Shown: positions 15,200-23,768 of the stretch, in pieces
How the letters are laid out: every line of letters starts with the position of its first letter
Position numbering within the stretch: the stretch's first letter is position 1
Assembly: GCA_016214005.1 (NCBI GenBank)
Contig: JACRPK010000006.1
Coordinates: 17,719 to 81,718 of the forward strand
Source of the DNA: Candidatus Wolfebacteria bacterium
Lineage (GTDB): Bacteria > Patescibacteriota > Minisyncoccia > UBA6257 > UBA9933
Length of the DNA: 64,000 bases
Direction: 5' to 3'
Position numbers and translations under genes: made by a program
The notes under the pieces: generated by a model
Database searches by the model: none
The model's input: the letters and a program-made list of their open reading frames with translations, nothing else
Told to the model about the DNA's origin: nothing

Positions 15200-16399
15200 A
15201 TGTCGACAATTATATGGCGAAATGTTGGAGAATATACTCATTTTTTAAATTGTGTGAATGGGCACATTGTTTCTTTCAAAGTAGATAGCGCGGAAGCAAA
15301 GAAAATTATAAATAACCCCAATCATTATGAATTTGATTGCGAAGCGGAAAAAGTTTTTAGGACAACAGGCAATCAATATAATTCTAGATTATGCCGCGGA
15401 AATTTGATTAAACTTGGTTTAGAATTTAAATTTCCGACAATAGTGAATATTGAATTAAGCAGGAGATGCTCATTAAGATGCATCCATTGTTATATTGGAA
15501 ATAAAAATTTAAGTTCATCTGAATTAAGTGTTTTTGAAAAAATGGATGATTGCAATATAGACGGATTCTTAAAAAAACTTAAAGATTTGGGAGTTTTTCT
15601 TGTCGTAATAACTGGAGGAGAGCCGTTTATTAGCAAAAAACTTCAAAATTTTTTGCGGATAGCAACAGAAAAAGGATTTTTGATAGAAATATTCAGTAAT
15701 TTACAAAATTTACCCGATTGGTTTTTGCGTAATAAATATGAGGATTTTAGAATAGGTAGAATACAGACTTCAATTTATTCATCTATATTTAAAATTCACG
15801 ATGAAATAACAAAAAGTGCTGGTTCTTTAAAACGCAATCTTAAAAATCTTAATTTATTAATAAAAAATGGGTATTTTGTTGAAGTAGCTACGCCTTTAAT
15901 GAGAAAAAATATCATTTCATGGGAGAGAACTAAATTTTTCTTTGAAGAAAAGAAAATCTCTCAAAATTTTTCTTGGCCGATAGCCGATGAATATTATGGG
16001 ACAAAAAAGAAAAGCAGTTTAAATATTTTTGGTCAAAGTTTTAGTCATTTTATAGAAAAAAATTTAGATTTTCTTTTAGAAAAAAAGTGTTTTGAATCCG
16101 ACGAATATATCTGCGAAGCGGAGAAAGCTATATTCGCGGTATCTGCGACAGGCGACGTTTTCCCATGTAGTCAGATGCCATTACCAGTTGGAAATATATG
16201 CAATAAAAAAATTAAAGATATTATATATGGGAAAGATATGTCTAAAATTGGCTCATTAAAATGGAAAGATGTTTTAAAAGAAAAAGTTTTTAATTTTTGT
16301 CCTGGCATCAATTATACTGATGCAGGAGATGTTTTAATCAAACCAAAACATATGTTCGGCGCGATAGCAACTCTTAATAATAAAATGGAAAGGAGGTGA
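15200..16399 (+). CDS. radical SAM / SPASM-like enzyme with ~85-aa N-terminal extension (candidate RiPP recognition element), 399 aa
   Basis: CxxxCxxC (RRCSLRCIHCYIG) at residues ~89-96, GGEPF, and C-terminal Cys residues (CEAEKAIFAVSATGDVFPCSQMP). The extension before the core is typical of RiPP maturases. Confidence 0.7.
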   Translation: MSTIIWRNVGEYTHFLNCVNGHIVSFKVDSAEAKKIINNPNHYEFDCEAEKVFRTTGNQYNSRLCRGNLIKLGLEFKFPTIVNIELSRRCSLRCIHCYIGNKNLSSSELSVFEKMDDCNIDGFLKKLKDLGVFLVVITGGEPFISKKLQNFLRIATEKGFLIEIFSNLQNLPDWFLRNKYEDFRIGRIQTSIYSSIFKIHDEITKSAGSLKRNLKNLNLLIKNGYFVEVATPLMRKNIISWERTKFFFEEKKISQNFSWPIADEYYGTKKKSSLNIFGQSFSHFIEKNLDFLLEKKCFESDEYICEAEKAIFAVSATGDVFPCSQMPLPVGNICNKKIKDIIYGKDMSKIGSLKWKDVLKEKVFNFCPGINYTDAGDVLIKPKHMFGAIATLNNKMERR

Positions 16400-16405
16400 A
16401 TATTG

Positions 16406-16498
16406 ATGAAAAAATCAATAAAAACCGCGTGGTCATCAAGTAGGAGCAGTAAATCATCCACTTGCCCGGGATGTTCCTCGCGCAGTTCTACCCATTAA
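16406..16498 (+). CDS. small Ser/Cys-rich peptide, 30 aa (MKKSIKTAWSSSRSSKSSTCPGCSSRSSTH); candidate precursor
   Basis: AAAGGAGGTGA overlaps the rSAM stop and the ATG is 7 nt after. 12 Ser, 2 Thr, 2 Cys in 30 aa. Terminator hairpin gggagaatgatttaaacaattctccc follows. Confidence 0.4.
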   Translation: MKKSIKTAWSSSRSSKSSTCPGCSSRSSTH

Positions 16499-16551
16499 AA
16501 ATGGGATTTGGGAGAATGATTTAAACAATTCTCCCTTTTTTTATTTCATTA

Positions 16552-17508
16552 ATGAATGTTATCATTAAAATAATGAATTATTTGATAACAGAAAAGATTA
16601 AAAAAGAATATAATTTAAAGAATCCGGTTTTTCTAAAAAAATTTGAAACGCGAGGGCAGCGGCGCGTTTTTTTAATCATTGATAATAAAAATAAATATGT
16701 TATTAAAATTATTCCGAATAAAAAAGAATTAATTGCGAAATTGGAATTTATATCCAAGATCAAAAATAAAATAATCAATTTTCCTAGAATTATTGATACA
16801 AAATCAAATAAAAAATATTTTTTTCAGTCCGGTAATTTTTTTTTCTTATCGGAATTTATTGATGAAAAAGAAAATATGCCGTCACTGAATTTTTTTTCAA
16901 AATTAGGCTATGCTGTTGGAGAATTTCATAAAATTGAAACAGAAAATAGCAAAATTTTAAATTTAAATATTGGGGAAAAAATTAAAAAATTAAAAACATT
17001 ATTTTCAAAAAAGAATATAGATATTAAAATCAAAAATCAAATAATCAATTTTCTTGATTCATTCCCGCCAATATCTGGCGCGACAATTGGTCCAGTTCAT
17101 GGGGATATAAGCTATTTTAATGTTTTGGGCAAAGAAAAACTTTTTTTAATTGATTTTGATGATATATCGCGCGGTCCGATTGTTTATGATCTTGGGCAGA
17201 TGGTCGCTTTTATGTTTAATCTTATCCCTTTTGATTTTCTTAAGTTTGAGATGAAAATAAAACGTATATCGCAGCCCGTTTTTTTAATGAGCGGATTTAA
17301 AATTTTTTTAAAAAATTATTCTCGAAAAATAAAATTATCTCGCCATGATATAGAAATTTTACCAAAAATGGCTATGTTGGTGTGCTTGGAAAATGTTTAT
17401 TTAGAGTCAATTGACGGAATATTTAAATGGAATTTTAAGAGATTCAAAAAAATAGAAAAAGAACAAGATTTAATAAAACAATTATCTTTAAAATATTTTT
17501 TGAATTAA
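16552..17508 (+). CDS. aminoglycoside-phosphotransferase/protein-kinase-like fold protein, 318 aa
   Basis: Brenner-type motif VHGDISYFNV and LIDFDD (DxD) in the expected order. Confidence 0.5.
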   Translation: MNVIIKIMNYLITEKIKKEYNLKNPVFLKKFETRGQRRVFLIIDNKNKYVIKIIPNKKELIAKLEFISKIKNKIINFPRIIDTKSNKKYFFQSGNFFFLSEFIDEKENMPSLNFFSKLGYAVGEFHKIETENSKILNLNIGEKIKKLKTLFSKKNIDIKIKNQIINFLDSFPPISGATIGPVHGDISYFNVLGKEKLFLIDFDDISRGPIVYDLGQMVAFMFNLIPFDFLKFEMKIKRISQPVFLMSGFKIFLKNYSRKIKLSRHDIEILPKMAMLVCLENVYLESIDGIFKWNFKRFKKIEKEQDLIKQLSLKYFLN

Positions 17509-17535
17509 ATATATTTTGCCCGCCCTTTTTTAATG

Positions 17536-17610
17536 ATTTGGTTGCCTATTAAAATTTTATCTTATAAAATTTAATAATAGGCGCGACCAAATCATTAACC
17601 CGCCAAAATT
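17536..17610. repeat. long imperfect palindrome (gatttggttgcctatta…taataggcgcgaccaaatc)
   Basis: ~75-nt inverted repeat immediately after the 17484..17535 repeat. Confidence 0.45.
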
Positions 17611-17623
17611 TTTGAATTAATTT

Positions 17624-17893
17624 ATGTTTCATTTTGTCTACATATTATTTAGTCATAAAGATATGGGAATATATATTGGTTTTACAGATAATTTACCAAG
17701 AAGAATTAAGGAACATCATCAGGGAAATGTAAAATCAACTGAAAATCGCAGACCAATTGATTTAATATATTTTGAGGGTTATAAAAATAAAAAAGATGCT
17801 TTGCAAAGAGAAATGTATTTAAAAACAGGCTGGGGTAGAAATTATCTAAAGAAGATTATTAAAAATTATTTTCTAAATAATTCAAAAATTTAG
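17624..17893 (+). CDS. GIY-YIG nuclease superfamily protein (UPF0213/YhbQ-like), 89 aa
   Basis: GIYIGFTDNLPRRIKEHH…RRPIDLIYFE… matches the small stand-alone GIY-YIG family. Confidence 0.7.
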   Translation: MFHFVYILFSHKDMGIYIGFTDNLPRRIKEHHQGNVKSTENRRPIDLIYFEGYKNKKDALQREMYLKTGWGRNYLKKIIKNYFLNNSKI

Positions 17894-17994
17894 GCGGGCA
17901 CTCAATTTTATAGTTTCGCTTCGCTCAAATAAACTTGGCGAGTTATCCACAGCTTGCCTCTTGCAACTAATTTTACATATCTTATAATTAAAAA

Positions 17995-18738
17995 ATGATC
18001 AACAAACTAAAAATAAAACTTAACAGCATCAAACAATCAAACGTTTTTCAATTTGTGTTTCTGGCTCTTTTGAGCGTTTCTTTGACTTATTTTTTGGTGT
18101 ACGCGCAAGTTGGAGCTGTTAGTACATTAGATAGTAATTTAAAAACAGGCGATATCATAGCCAGTGGCAAAGCCACGATTGGTGGCGATTTAAGCGCGGC
18201 GACTTTAAGCGCGGCGAATGGTAGTTTCATAGTAAGCTCAATTGGCGACATCACTGGCCATGCGCTTAATATTAACAACAAATTGATAGTTGACTCAAAT
18301 GGTGTCTCGATTTCCGGTTTCAGTATGAAATATCTTTATTTGCCTGTTGCTTTTTCTAATCCGATTAATTTATCGAATGTTTCGGAGCCGGCTTATTCTC
18401 AAAAAACGACCGGCGGTGCTTATGAAGCTAGGCAAACTAGCGCAAACCGTTCACCAATAGGTAATTTTTATAAGATTGATAATCTTGCAACTTTATACAC
18501 CAATCCTTCTGGAACTGGAACTATTTGTGATGCGATAAATAGCGGAAATTGGGGAACACGGGGCAATAATTTAAAATTTATTCTTTCTGATAGAGATCTT
18601 GGCTCTACCGCAAGAATTGTTAATTATTTTGGTTATGCAGGAAGTGATGGTTCTAATGCTTGCACTCAAAAAACAAATGATTACGCCTATTTTGAATTTG
18701 TTGATTATCAAAGATTGGGACAAATTTATATTAAGTAA
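17995..18738 (+). CDS. hypothetical secreted/membrane-anchored protein, 247 aa
   Basis: N-terminal TM/signal (VFQFVFLALLSVSLTYFLVYA). Terminator caaggcaatcagagccttg follows. Confidence 0.45.
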   Translation: MINKLKIKLNSIKQSNVFQFVFLALLSVSLTYFLVYAQVGAVSTLDSNLKTGDIIASGKATIGGDLSAATLSAANGSFIVSSIGDITGHALNINNKLIVDSNGVSISGFSMKYLYLPVAFSNPINLSNVSEPAYSQKTTGGAYEARQTSANRSPIGNFYKIDNLATLYTNPSGTGTICDAINSGNWGTRGNNLKFILSDRDLGSTARIVNYFGYAGSDGSNACTQKTNDYAYFEFVDYQRLGQIYIK

Positions 18739-18786
18739 AAACAAGGCAATCAGAGCCTTGTTTTTTTGTTTGTCCCTTGTTTAACT

Positions 18787-18848
18787 CCTGTTTGCCTCCT
18801 GTTTGACTCCTGTTTGACTTCCGGGTTTTGGAGGTGATAAGATAAATT
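18787..18848 (+). promoter_or_regulatory. TA-module leader: tandem CCTGTTTG(A/C)C repeats, TTGACT, GGAGGTGATAAGATAAATTT (copy 1 of 3; also 19386..19437 and 19996..20063)
   Basis: The same leader precedes three toxin-antitoxin modules. Direct repeats x2-4. Confidence 0.5.
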
Positions 18849-18849
18849 T

Positions 18850-19110
18850 ATGGAAAAATTAAACACAAACACATCTTTTTATTCAATAATTATTGAAGCC
18901 TGCGAAGAGGGCGGATATTTTGCTTATTGTCCTATATTGCAAGGCTGTCATGCCGAAGGAGAGACTTATGGAGAAACAATAGATAATATTCGCGATGTTA
19001 TTAAGACTCATCTTGAATTGCGAAAAAAACATAAAGAATTGACTTCTTTTATTAAAGTTAAAAACAGATCAGATATAAATATTCAAATTCCTGTTCCAGT
19101 GGGAAATTAA
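18850..19110 (+). CDS. hicB: HicB-family antitoxin, 86 aa
   Basis: YSIIIEACEEGGYFAYCPILQGCHAEGETYGETIDNIRDVI is characteristic of HicB/UPF0150. Confidence 0.7.
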   Translation: MEKLNTNTSFYSIIIEACEEGGYFAYCPILQGCHAEGETYGETIDNIRDVIKTHLELRKKHKELTSFIKVKNRSDINIQIPVPVGN

Positions 19111-19116
19111 TTTTTT

Positions 19117-19359
19117 ATGGGCTTGAAATTTCCTGTTGTTAATTATCGCGATACAACAAAAATAGCCAAGAAACTTGGTTTTTATTTTTATCGTCAGGCT
19201 AAGGGCAGCCATGAAATTTGGAGAAGAGATATAGATGGCAGACAGACAACTATACCAAATCATGGCAGTAAAATTATTAAGCGCCGAACTTTAAAAGCAA
19301 TTTTTGAAGATTTTCAAATTTCGGCAGAGGAATTTTTTAAATTAAAAAAACATAAATAA
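19117..19359 (+). CDS. hicA: HicA-family toxin (mRNA interferase), 80 aa
   Basis: KGSHEIWRR…TTIPNHGSKIIKRRTLKAIFED matches HicA/YcfA. Confidence 0.7.
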   Translation: MGLKFPVVNYRDTTKIAKKLGFYFYRQAKGSHEIWRRDIDGRQTTIPNHGSKIIKRRTLKAIFEDFQISAEEFFKLKKHK

Positions 19360-19427
19360 CGGCATTGGGTGTTCTTTTATTTGATTCCTGTTTGACTTCC
19401 GGGTTTTGGAGGTGATAAGATAAATTT

Positions 19428-19655
19428 ATGAATACCATTACTATTCCAAAAAATTTAACCAGAGGGGCGGAGCTTGTTATAATACCCCGCGATGAGTATG
19501 AGGAATATTTGCAGTTGCGTAAAATTATTTCTGTTGTAAAAATGACTTCGGCTCAAAAACGCGATCTAGAACAGGCGAGGAAAGATTATAAACAAGAGAA
19601 ATATATTACTCTTGAGCAGCTTGAATATGAACTGGGTATTACACATAAGAAATAA
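19428..19655 (+). CDS. putative antitoxin (AbrB/MazE- or RHH-like), 75 aa
   Basis: Small ORF upstream of, and overlapping, a RelE/ParE-like gene. Preceded by the shared TA leader. Confidence 0.5.
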   Translation: MNTITIPKNLTRGAELVIIPRDEYEEYLQLRKIISVVKMTSAQKRDLEQARKDYKQEKYITLEQLEYELGITHKK

Positions 19656-19881
19656 GACAAAAAAAGAATTTTGCCGTTTTCCCATGAAAGATCGATGCTA
19701 TATTGCCGAGGCGCTTCGTGAAATAAAAGAGAACCCTTTCTTTGGCGATATTATAAAATTGGATGTAGAGAATTTTTGGCGTCGTCGCATTGGCGCTTAT
19801 CGGATTTTTTACGAAATAATTACCAGCAAAAAAATTGTTTATGTTTTTAGAATTGAACGGCGAAATTCAAAAACTTATTAG
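19612..19881 (+). CDS. RelE/ParE-family toxin (start uncertain; ATG at 19684 also possible)
   Basis: C-terminal YRIFYEIITSKKIVYVFRIERRN matches the RelE/ParE signature. Confidence 0.55.
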   Translation: MSSLNMNWVLHIRNKTKKEFCRFPMKDRCYIAEALREIKENPFFGDIIKLDVENFWRRRIGAYRIFYEIITSKKIVYVFRIERRNSKTY

Positions 19882-19888
19882 TAATATA

Positions 19889-19992
19889 ATGGAAAAATTA
19901 AACACAAACACATCTTTTTATTCAATAATTATTGAAGCCTGCGAAGAGGCGCGAAAAAAACATAAATAACGGCATTGGGTGTTCTTTTATTT
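19889..19992 (+). pseudogene. deleted hicBA remnant: first 60 nt of hicB fused to the 3' end/downstream flank of hicA
   Basis: 19889-19950 is identical to 18850-18911. 19955-19992 matches 19337-19380. The conceptual ORF is only 26 aa. Confidence 0.6.
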
Positions 19993-20063
19993 AACTCCTG
20001 TTTGCCTCCTGTTTGACTCCTGTTTGACTTCCGGGTTTTGGAGGTGATATATTAAAATAAATT

Positions 20064-20312
20064 ATGAACATTATTAAGCCAAAATTATCTTATGGTCGAC
20101 GGCTTCCTCTCCTAGTAGAAAAAGGGGAAGATAATTTTTATGTGGTTGAATGTCCACTTTTTGAAGGTTGTTACAGCCAGGGCAAAACCCTTGACGAGGC
20201 TTTGCATAATATTCGCGAGGTTATAGGGATAATTCTTGAAGAGAAGATTGCCAGAGAAATTCTAAAAAATTATAATCCCGAAGAAATAAGCCTTCATACT
20301 ATTGCGGTATAA
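20064..20312 (+). CDS. hicB: HicB-family antitoxin, 82 aa
   Basis: FYVVECPLFEGCYSQGKTLDEALHNIREVI. Confidence 0.7.
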   Translation: MNIIKPKLSYGRRLPLLVEKGEDNFYVVECPLFEGCYSQGKTLDEALHNIREVIGIILEEKIAREILKNYNPEEISLHTIAV

Positions 20313-20314
20313 AT

Positions 20315-20533
20315 ATGATAAAATTACCGATTATTTCTGGCCGTCAACTTATTAAACTTTTATCTAAATTAGGTTATCGCGAGGTTCGCCAGCGCGGCAG
20401 CCATATTCGTTTATCTTGTTTAAATAGAAAATCAGTAACTGTGCCGAATTACAAAGCTATAGATAGATCTTTGCTTAGAAAAATATTGAGAGATTCTGAA
20501 TTGAGCATAGATGAATTTTTAAATCTTTTTTAA
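20315..20533 (+). CDS. hicA: HicA-family toxin, 72 aa
   Basis: RGSHIRL…VTVPNYKAIDRSLLRKILRD. Terminator follows at 20575-20616. Confidence 0.7.
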   Translation: MIKLPIISGRQLIKLLSKLGYREVRQRGSHIRLSCLNRKSVTVPNYKAIDRSLLRKILRDSELSIDEFLNLF

Positions 20534-20732
20534 ATAAAAAATTAAAAATAAATTTTATAGATTAAATATTTTTTACAAAACAAGGCTCAAAAATAAAACA
20601 TTGAGCCTTGTTTTTATTAATTGACTTTGCGATAAAATTATGATATAAATTACGCAGTATGGTTTGGAAATGGTTTCCAAACTTTTTGACAAGTGAATAA
20701 GGGTGAATCAATAGACAGGAAGGGGGAAATCT

Positions 20733-20993
20733 ATGGATATTATAAAGAATGTAGAAAAAAAGCAGTGCGGTTTTTGTAAGGGTTCTGGCAACTGTTCTAA
20801 ATGCCATAATGGTATTTGTTCAAGATGTAAAGGTAAGGGTGAACTTAATACTACTTATTTAAGGGATGGTTTGTTGTTTTCGCATAGAGTTGAAAATCCC
20901 AATTATTGTCCTCTTTGCAGGGGTAATCATTTGTGCGTGTCGTGTAATGGTACACGACGTTGTAGCGCTTGTAACGGAAGCGGTTGGGTATAA
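20733..20993 (+). CDS. small Cys-rich protein with four CxxCxGxG-type repeats (DnaJ-like zinc-finger motif), 86 aa
   Basis: CGFCKGSGNC, CSRCKGKGEL, CPLCRGNHLC, CSACNGSGWV. RBS GGAAGGGGGAAA. Confidence 0.5.
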   Translation: MDIIKNVEKKQCGFCKGSGNCSKCHNGICSRCKGKGELNTTYLRDGLLFSHRVENPNYCPLCRGNHLCVSCNGTRRCSACNGSGWV

Positions 20994-21027
20994 TTGATAA
21001 TCAACTTTTGAAAGAAAGAGGTAGATT

Positions 21028-21960
21028 ATGAGTATGGATAAGCTTTTCGGAGGATTGGTTGGGATTCTTGACCCGGAAATTCGCAAATTGGCGGAAAAAA
21101 TGGTTGAGGGCGTTCCTAAAAATAGCTTTTTTCGAAGCGAAAAATTCGAACGCATTCTTGGTATTTTTAAGGGCTGGCTTGAAAGCAAGAGCAAAGGGAA
21201 ATCTCCGGGAATGGCAATGGCAATTGAAAAATTTACGGATTTTCTCAATTTTGTCGGAGTCAGCCTTTCAGTAAAAACTTGTAATGACGCTGGTTCTGGA
21301 AAAAAAGAGAAAAAAGTTGTTGAAATTGCCGACGATTGGATGTCATCGTTTTTTAAAGAGGCGAGCGATCGCATTGCGAAAAGCTCTGATCCAAAAACCG
21401 AATTTGCCAGATTGAAAGAAGAATTTGAACTTCGGTTGCAAATTCTTGAACTCGTAAAAAAAGCTCAAGAAGAAGCGCAGTCAAAGCAAGAGGTTTTTGA
21501 ACCAGCTGAACCAAGACCTGAAAAAAGCTGGGATGAACTCTTTGTTTTTTGTAATGAGAAATTCAATGAGTTCTACCGAAGATCTGACAAGGCTACGGCT
21601 GAGGCATTGTGGAATTTCTATGATTTAATATCTCCCAAAAAGCCAAAGATAAAAAGAATTTGGCATCTGGGGGATTGGTTTAATCTTTTTAAGCAATGGT
21701 GGTTAAAGCGTAAAAAGCCGCCTATTGTTGAAAAGGTTGAAGAACCAACTGTTGAAATTCACCATGAAGAAAAGCGGGTTCATGAAGATGGCAAATTTAA
21801 TAATAGCCATCAATTGTGGAAACCAAGAGGCTTTTTTAAAATTCCCGATGCCAATATCTATGGTGATGGGTTTTTTATAAAAAGATATCCTGGCACATTT
21901 TTTCTTCCGGAACATGTGGATCGAGAAGAAGGTCTTGTTGTTATAAAAAAACCTTTTTAA
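21028..21960 (+). CDS. hypothetical protein, 310 aa
   Basis: ORF with RBS AAGAGG. Charged, coiled-coil-like central region. Confidence 0.45.
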   Translation: MSMDKLFGGLVGILDPEIRKLAEKMVEGVPKNSFFRSEKFERILGIFKGWLESKSKGKSPGMAMAIEKFTDFLNFVGVSLSVKTCNDAGSGKKEKKVVEIADDWMSSFFKEASDRIAKSSDPKTEFARLKEEFELRLQILELVKKAQEEAQSKQEVFEPAEPRPEKSWDELFVFCNEKFNEFYRRSDKATAEALWNFYDLISPKKPKIKRIWHLGDWFNLFKQWWLKRKKPPIVEKVEEPTVEIHHEEKRVHEDGKFNNSHQLWKPRGFFKIPDANIYGDGFFIKRYPGTFFLPEHVDREEGLVVIKKPF

Positions 21961-21982
21961 AAGAAAGAAAAGAGAGGATAGA

Positions 21983-22888
21983 ATGGAAAGTTTACAGGCT
22001 TTTTTTGCAATTTTTTCGGAGATTTGGCAACTTGGGAACAGGTTTTGCCGGTGGGCGATTGCGATAATCGCTTTCTGGCCGATACTCATAATGGCTTCGG
22101 CGTTTTACGGAACGTCCGGAATCATTGCTATTGTTTCCATGGTGCCGATAGTGGCAATTGTTCTTTTGACAGCTGTTCATGCAGAAACCTATAAAAAGGT
22201 TGAACGCGAAGAAAATGGGCAGAATGTCGTTCGGCAGGTGCCGAATGTGAATATTTGGCCATTGGGATTTTTCGCTATCGCGGTTTATTCGGAAAAAGTC
22301 CGCGAGGCGATTAAAACGCTCACTGGAATTGCGGCTCTTGAGCTGTGTCTTGGCATTTATTTCGCGCTTGTTCCAGTTCAAAACGATCGCGATCTAATAC
22401 CGGTAGTGGTGCTTATTGTCATCGCTATGATCTTTATTTGGATCAGCGCGGAAGGAAAGACCCGAAGCCATTCGCTTATTTTTTTGGCTGTCGTTCTTAA
22501 AATTATTACGGTCATCTTTTTTATGGGTGGTCGCGATGAAATAAGAATAGATATGCCAAAAACTGCATTTGCTTCTGCGCCTTCTTTTTGGAATACTCCT
22601 CTTTGCGCTAATGGAAAAATTAGCATAGACATAAAAGAGGAGAACACGAAAGAAATTCAGATTAATTTCCGAAATGATTGTATTTCGGAAGTTAAACTTC
22701 CTCCGAATTTCAAGTATATACTTGACCCCGACAAAGATGTTCGGATTAAGTTCCTTGATGGTTCGGAGTATGTTGATGGGCCGGGGAAGATGGCCTGGCA
22801 AGGATTGCATAAAGGATTTTTTAAGATTCGCGGTGTTTCTGAATCCGGGATCTTAAAAATATCCTTGGAATCCCTGCAAAACAGTTAA
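21983..22888 (+). CDS. hypothetical integral membrane protein, 301 aa
   Basis: Several hydrophobic helices. RBS AAAGAGAGGATAG. Confidence 0.45.
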   Translation: MESLQAFFAIFSEIWQLGNRFCRWAIAIIAFWPILIMASAFYGTSGIIAIVSMVPIVAIVLLTAVHAETYKKVEREENGQNVVRQVPNVNIWPLGFFAIAVYSEKVREAIKTLTGIAALELCLGIYFALVPVQNDRDLIPVVVLIVIAMIFIWISAEGKTRSHSLIFLAVVLKIITVIFFMGGRDEIRIDMPKTAFASAPSFWNTPLCANGKISIDIKEENTKEIQINFRNDCISEVKLPPNFKYILDPDKDVRIKFLDGSEYVDGPGKMAWQGLHKGFFKIRGVSESGILKISLESLQNS

Positions 22889-22986
22889 ATATTCCGGATA
22901 TGGGGTTTTCCCCGTATCCGGATTTTTTATTCAGATTTTTTTATTTTCGCTTGACACTATTTATTAAATATCAGAAAATTATATTA

Positions 22987-23352
22987 ATGAATAAATTTAT
23001 TTTAACTATTATAGCGGCTTTATTTATTGTTGGCGTTAATAATGTTTTTGCTGTTAGCGGTGGAATCACTTCCGGTAGCGGGCTTACCAACCCTCTTGGA
23101 GCAGGAGCCACTATCTGGACTCTTCTTGACGGCTTAATTGGCTTTCTTATCAAAGTCGGATCTTTTATCTTGCCGATTATGGTTTTATATGGCGGTTATT
23201 TGATTTTGTCGGCTGGCGATGATCCGAAAAAAGTTGAAAGCGGGAGAGAAGTGATTCTCTGGGCTGTTGTCGGATTTATTATTATCTTGTGTTCATGGGG
23301 AGTTATTTATATAATTGGAGATGTGTTGGGAATCAGTATTCCGACGCAATAA
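22987..23352 (+). CDS. VirB2/TrbC-like small 2-TM secreted protein (paralog 1 of 5)
   Basis: Signal peptide, then two hydrophobic helices separated by a charged loop (SAGDDPKKVESGRE). Pattern shared with 23769, 24135, 25324 and 25960. Confidence 0.4.
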   Translation: MNKFILTIIAALFIVGVNNVFAVSGGITSGSGLTNPLGAGATIWTLLDGLIGFLIKVGSFILPIMVLYGGYLILSAGDDPKKVESGREVILWAVVGFIIILCSWGVIYIIGDVLGISIPTQ

Positions 23353-23356
23353 AATT

Positions 23357-23767
23357 ATGAAAAAACAAAAAATTAAAAAATCAAAAATGACATTGGATAA
23401 ATTGGCGTTGATAATAAAGCAAGAGATTGACACCAAGGTGTCCAAAGACGACTTAAAAAATGAATTACAAAGATTTGCCACCAAAGACGACTTAAAAAAT
23501 GAATTACAAAGATTTGTCACCAAAGATGATCTTAAAAACTTTAAAATAGAATTTAAGTCTGAAGTTGCCGATGAAATTAAATCAACGATTAAAGAAGAAC
23601 TCACTGATAATATAAATAAATTATTTACCAAAGCTGATATTATCATTTCTAAATTGGAAAAAAAAGAACAGGAAGATTTGATGCACACACAAGCTCATAG
23701 AAGAATCAATGACACTTTGGAAATTCACGATAAAAAAATAAAAAATTTAGAAATAAAAATAAATTAA
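23357..23767 (+). CDS. hypothetical coiled-coil protein with internal 14-aa tandem repeat (KDDLKNELQRFxTK)
   Basis: 42-bp DNA direct repeat x2.5 at ~23440-23545. Lys/Glu-rich. Confidence 0.45.
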   Translation: MKKQKIKKSKMTLDKLALIIKQEIDTKVSKDDLKNELQRFATKDDLKNELQRFVTKDDLKNFKIEFKSEVADEIKSTIKEELTDNINKLFTKADIIISKLEKKEQEDLMHTQAHRRINDTLEIHDKKIKNLEIKIN

Positions 23768-23768
23768 A

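Noticed and set aside
871-20100. Possibility that the repeated cassettes or iterons are a CRISPR array
   Set aside because: The repeats are 60-85 bp promoter-like units separated by kilobase-scale genes. They are not 25-40-bp repeats with regular short spacers. No cas genes are recognised.
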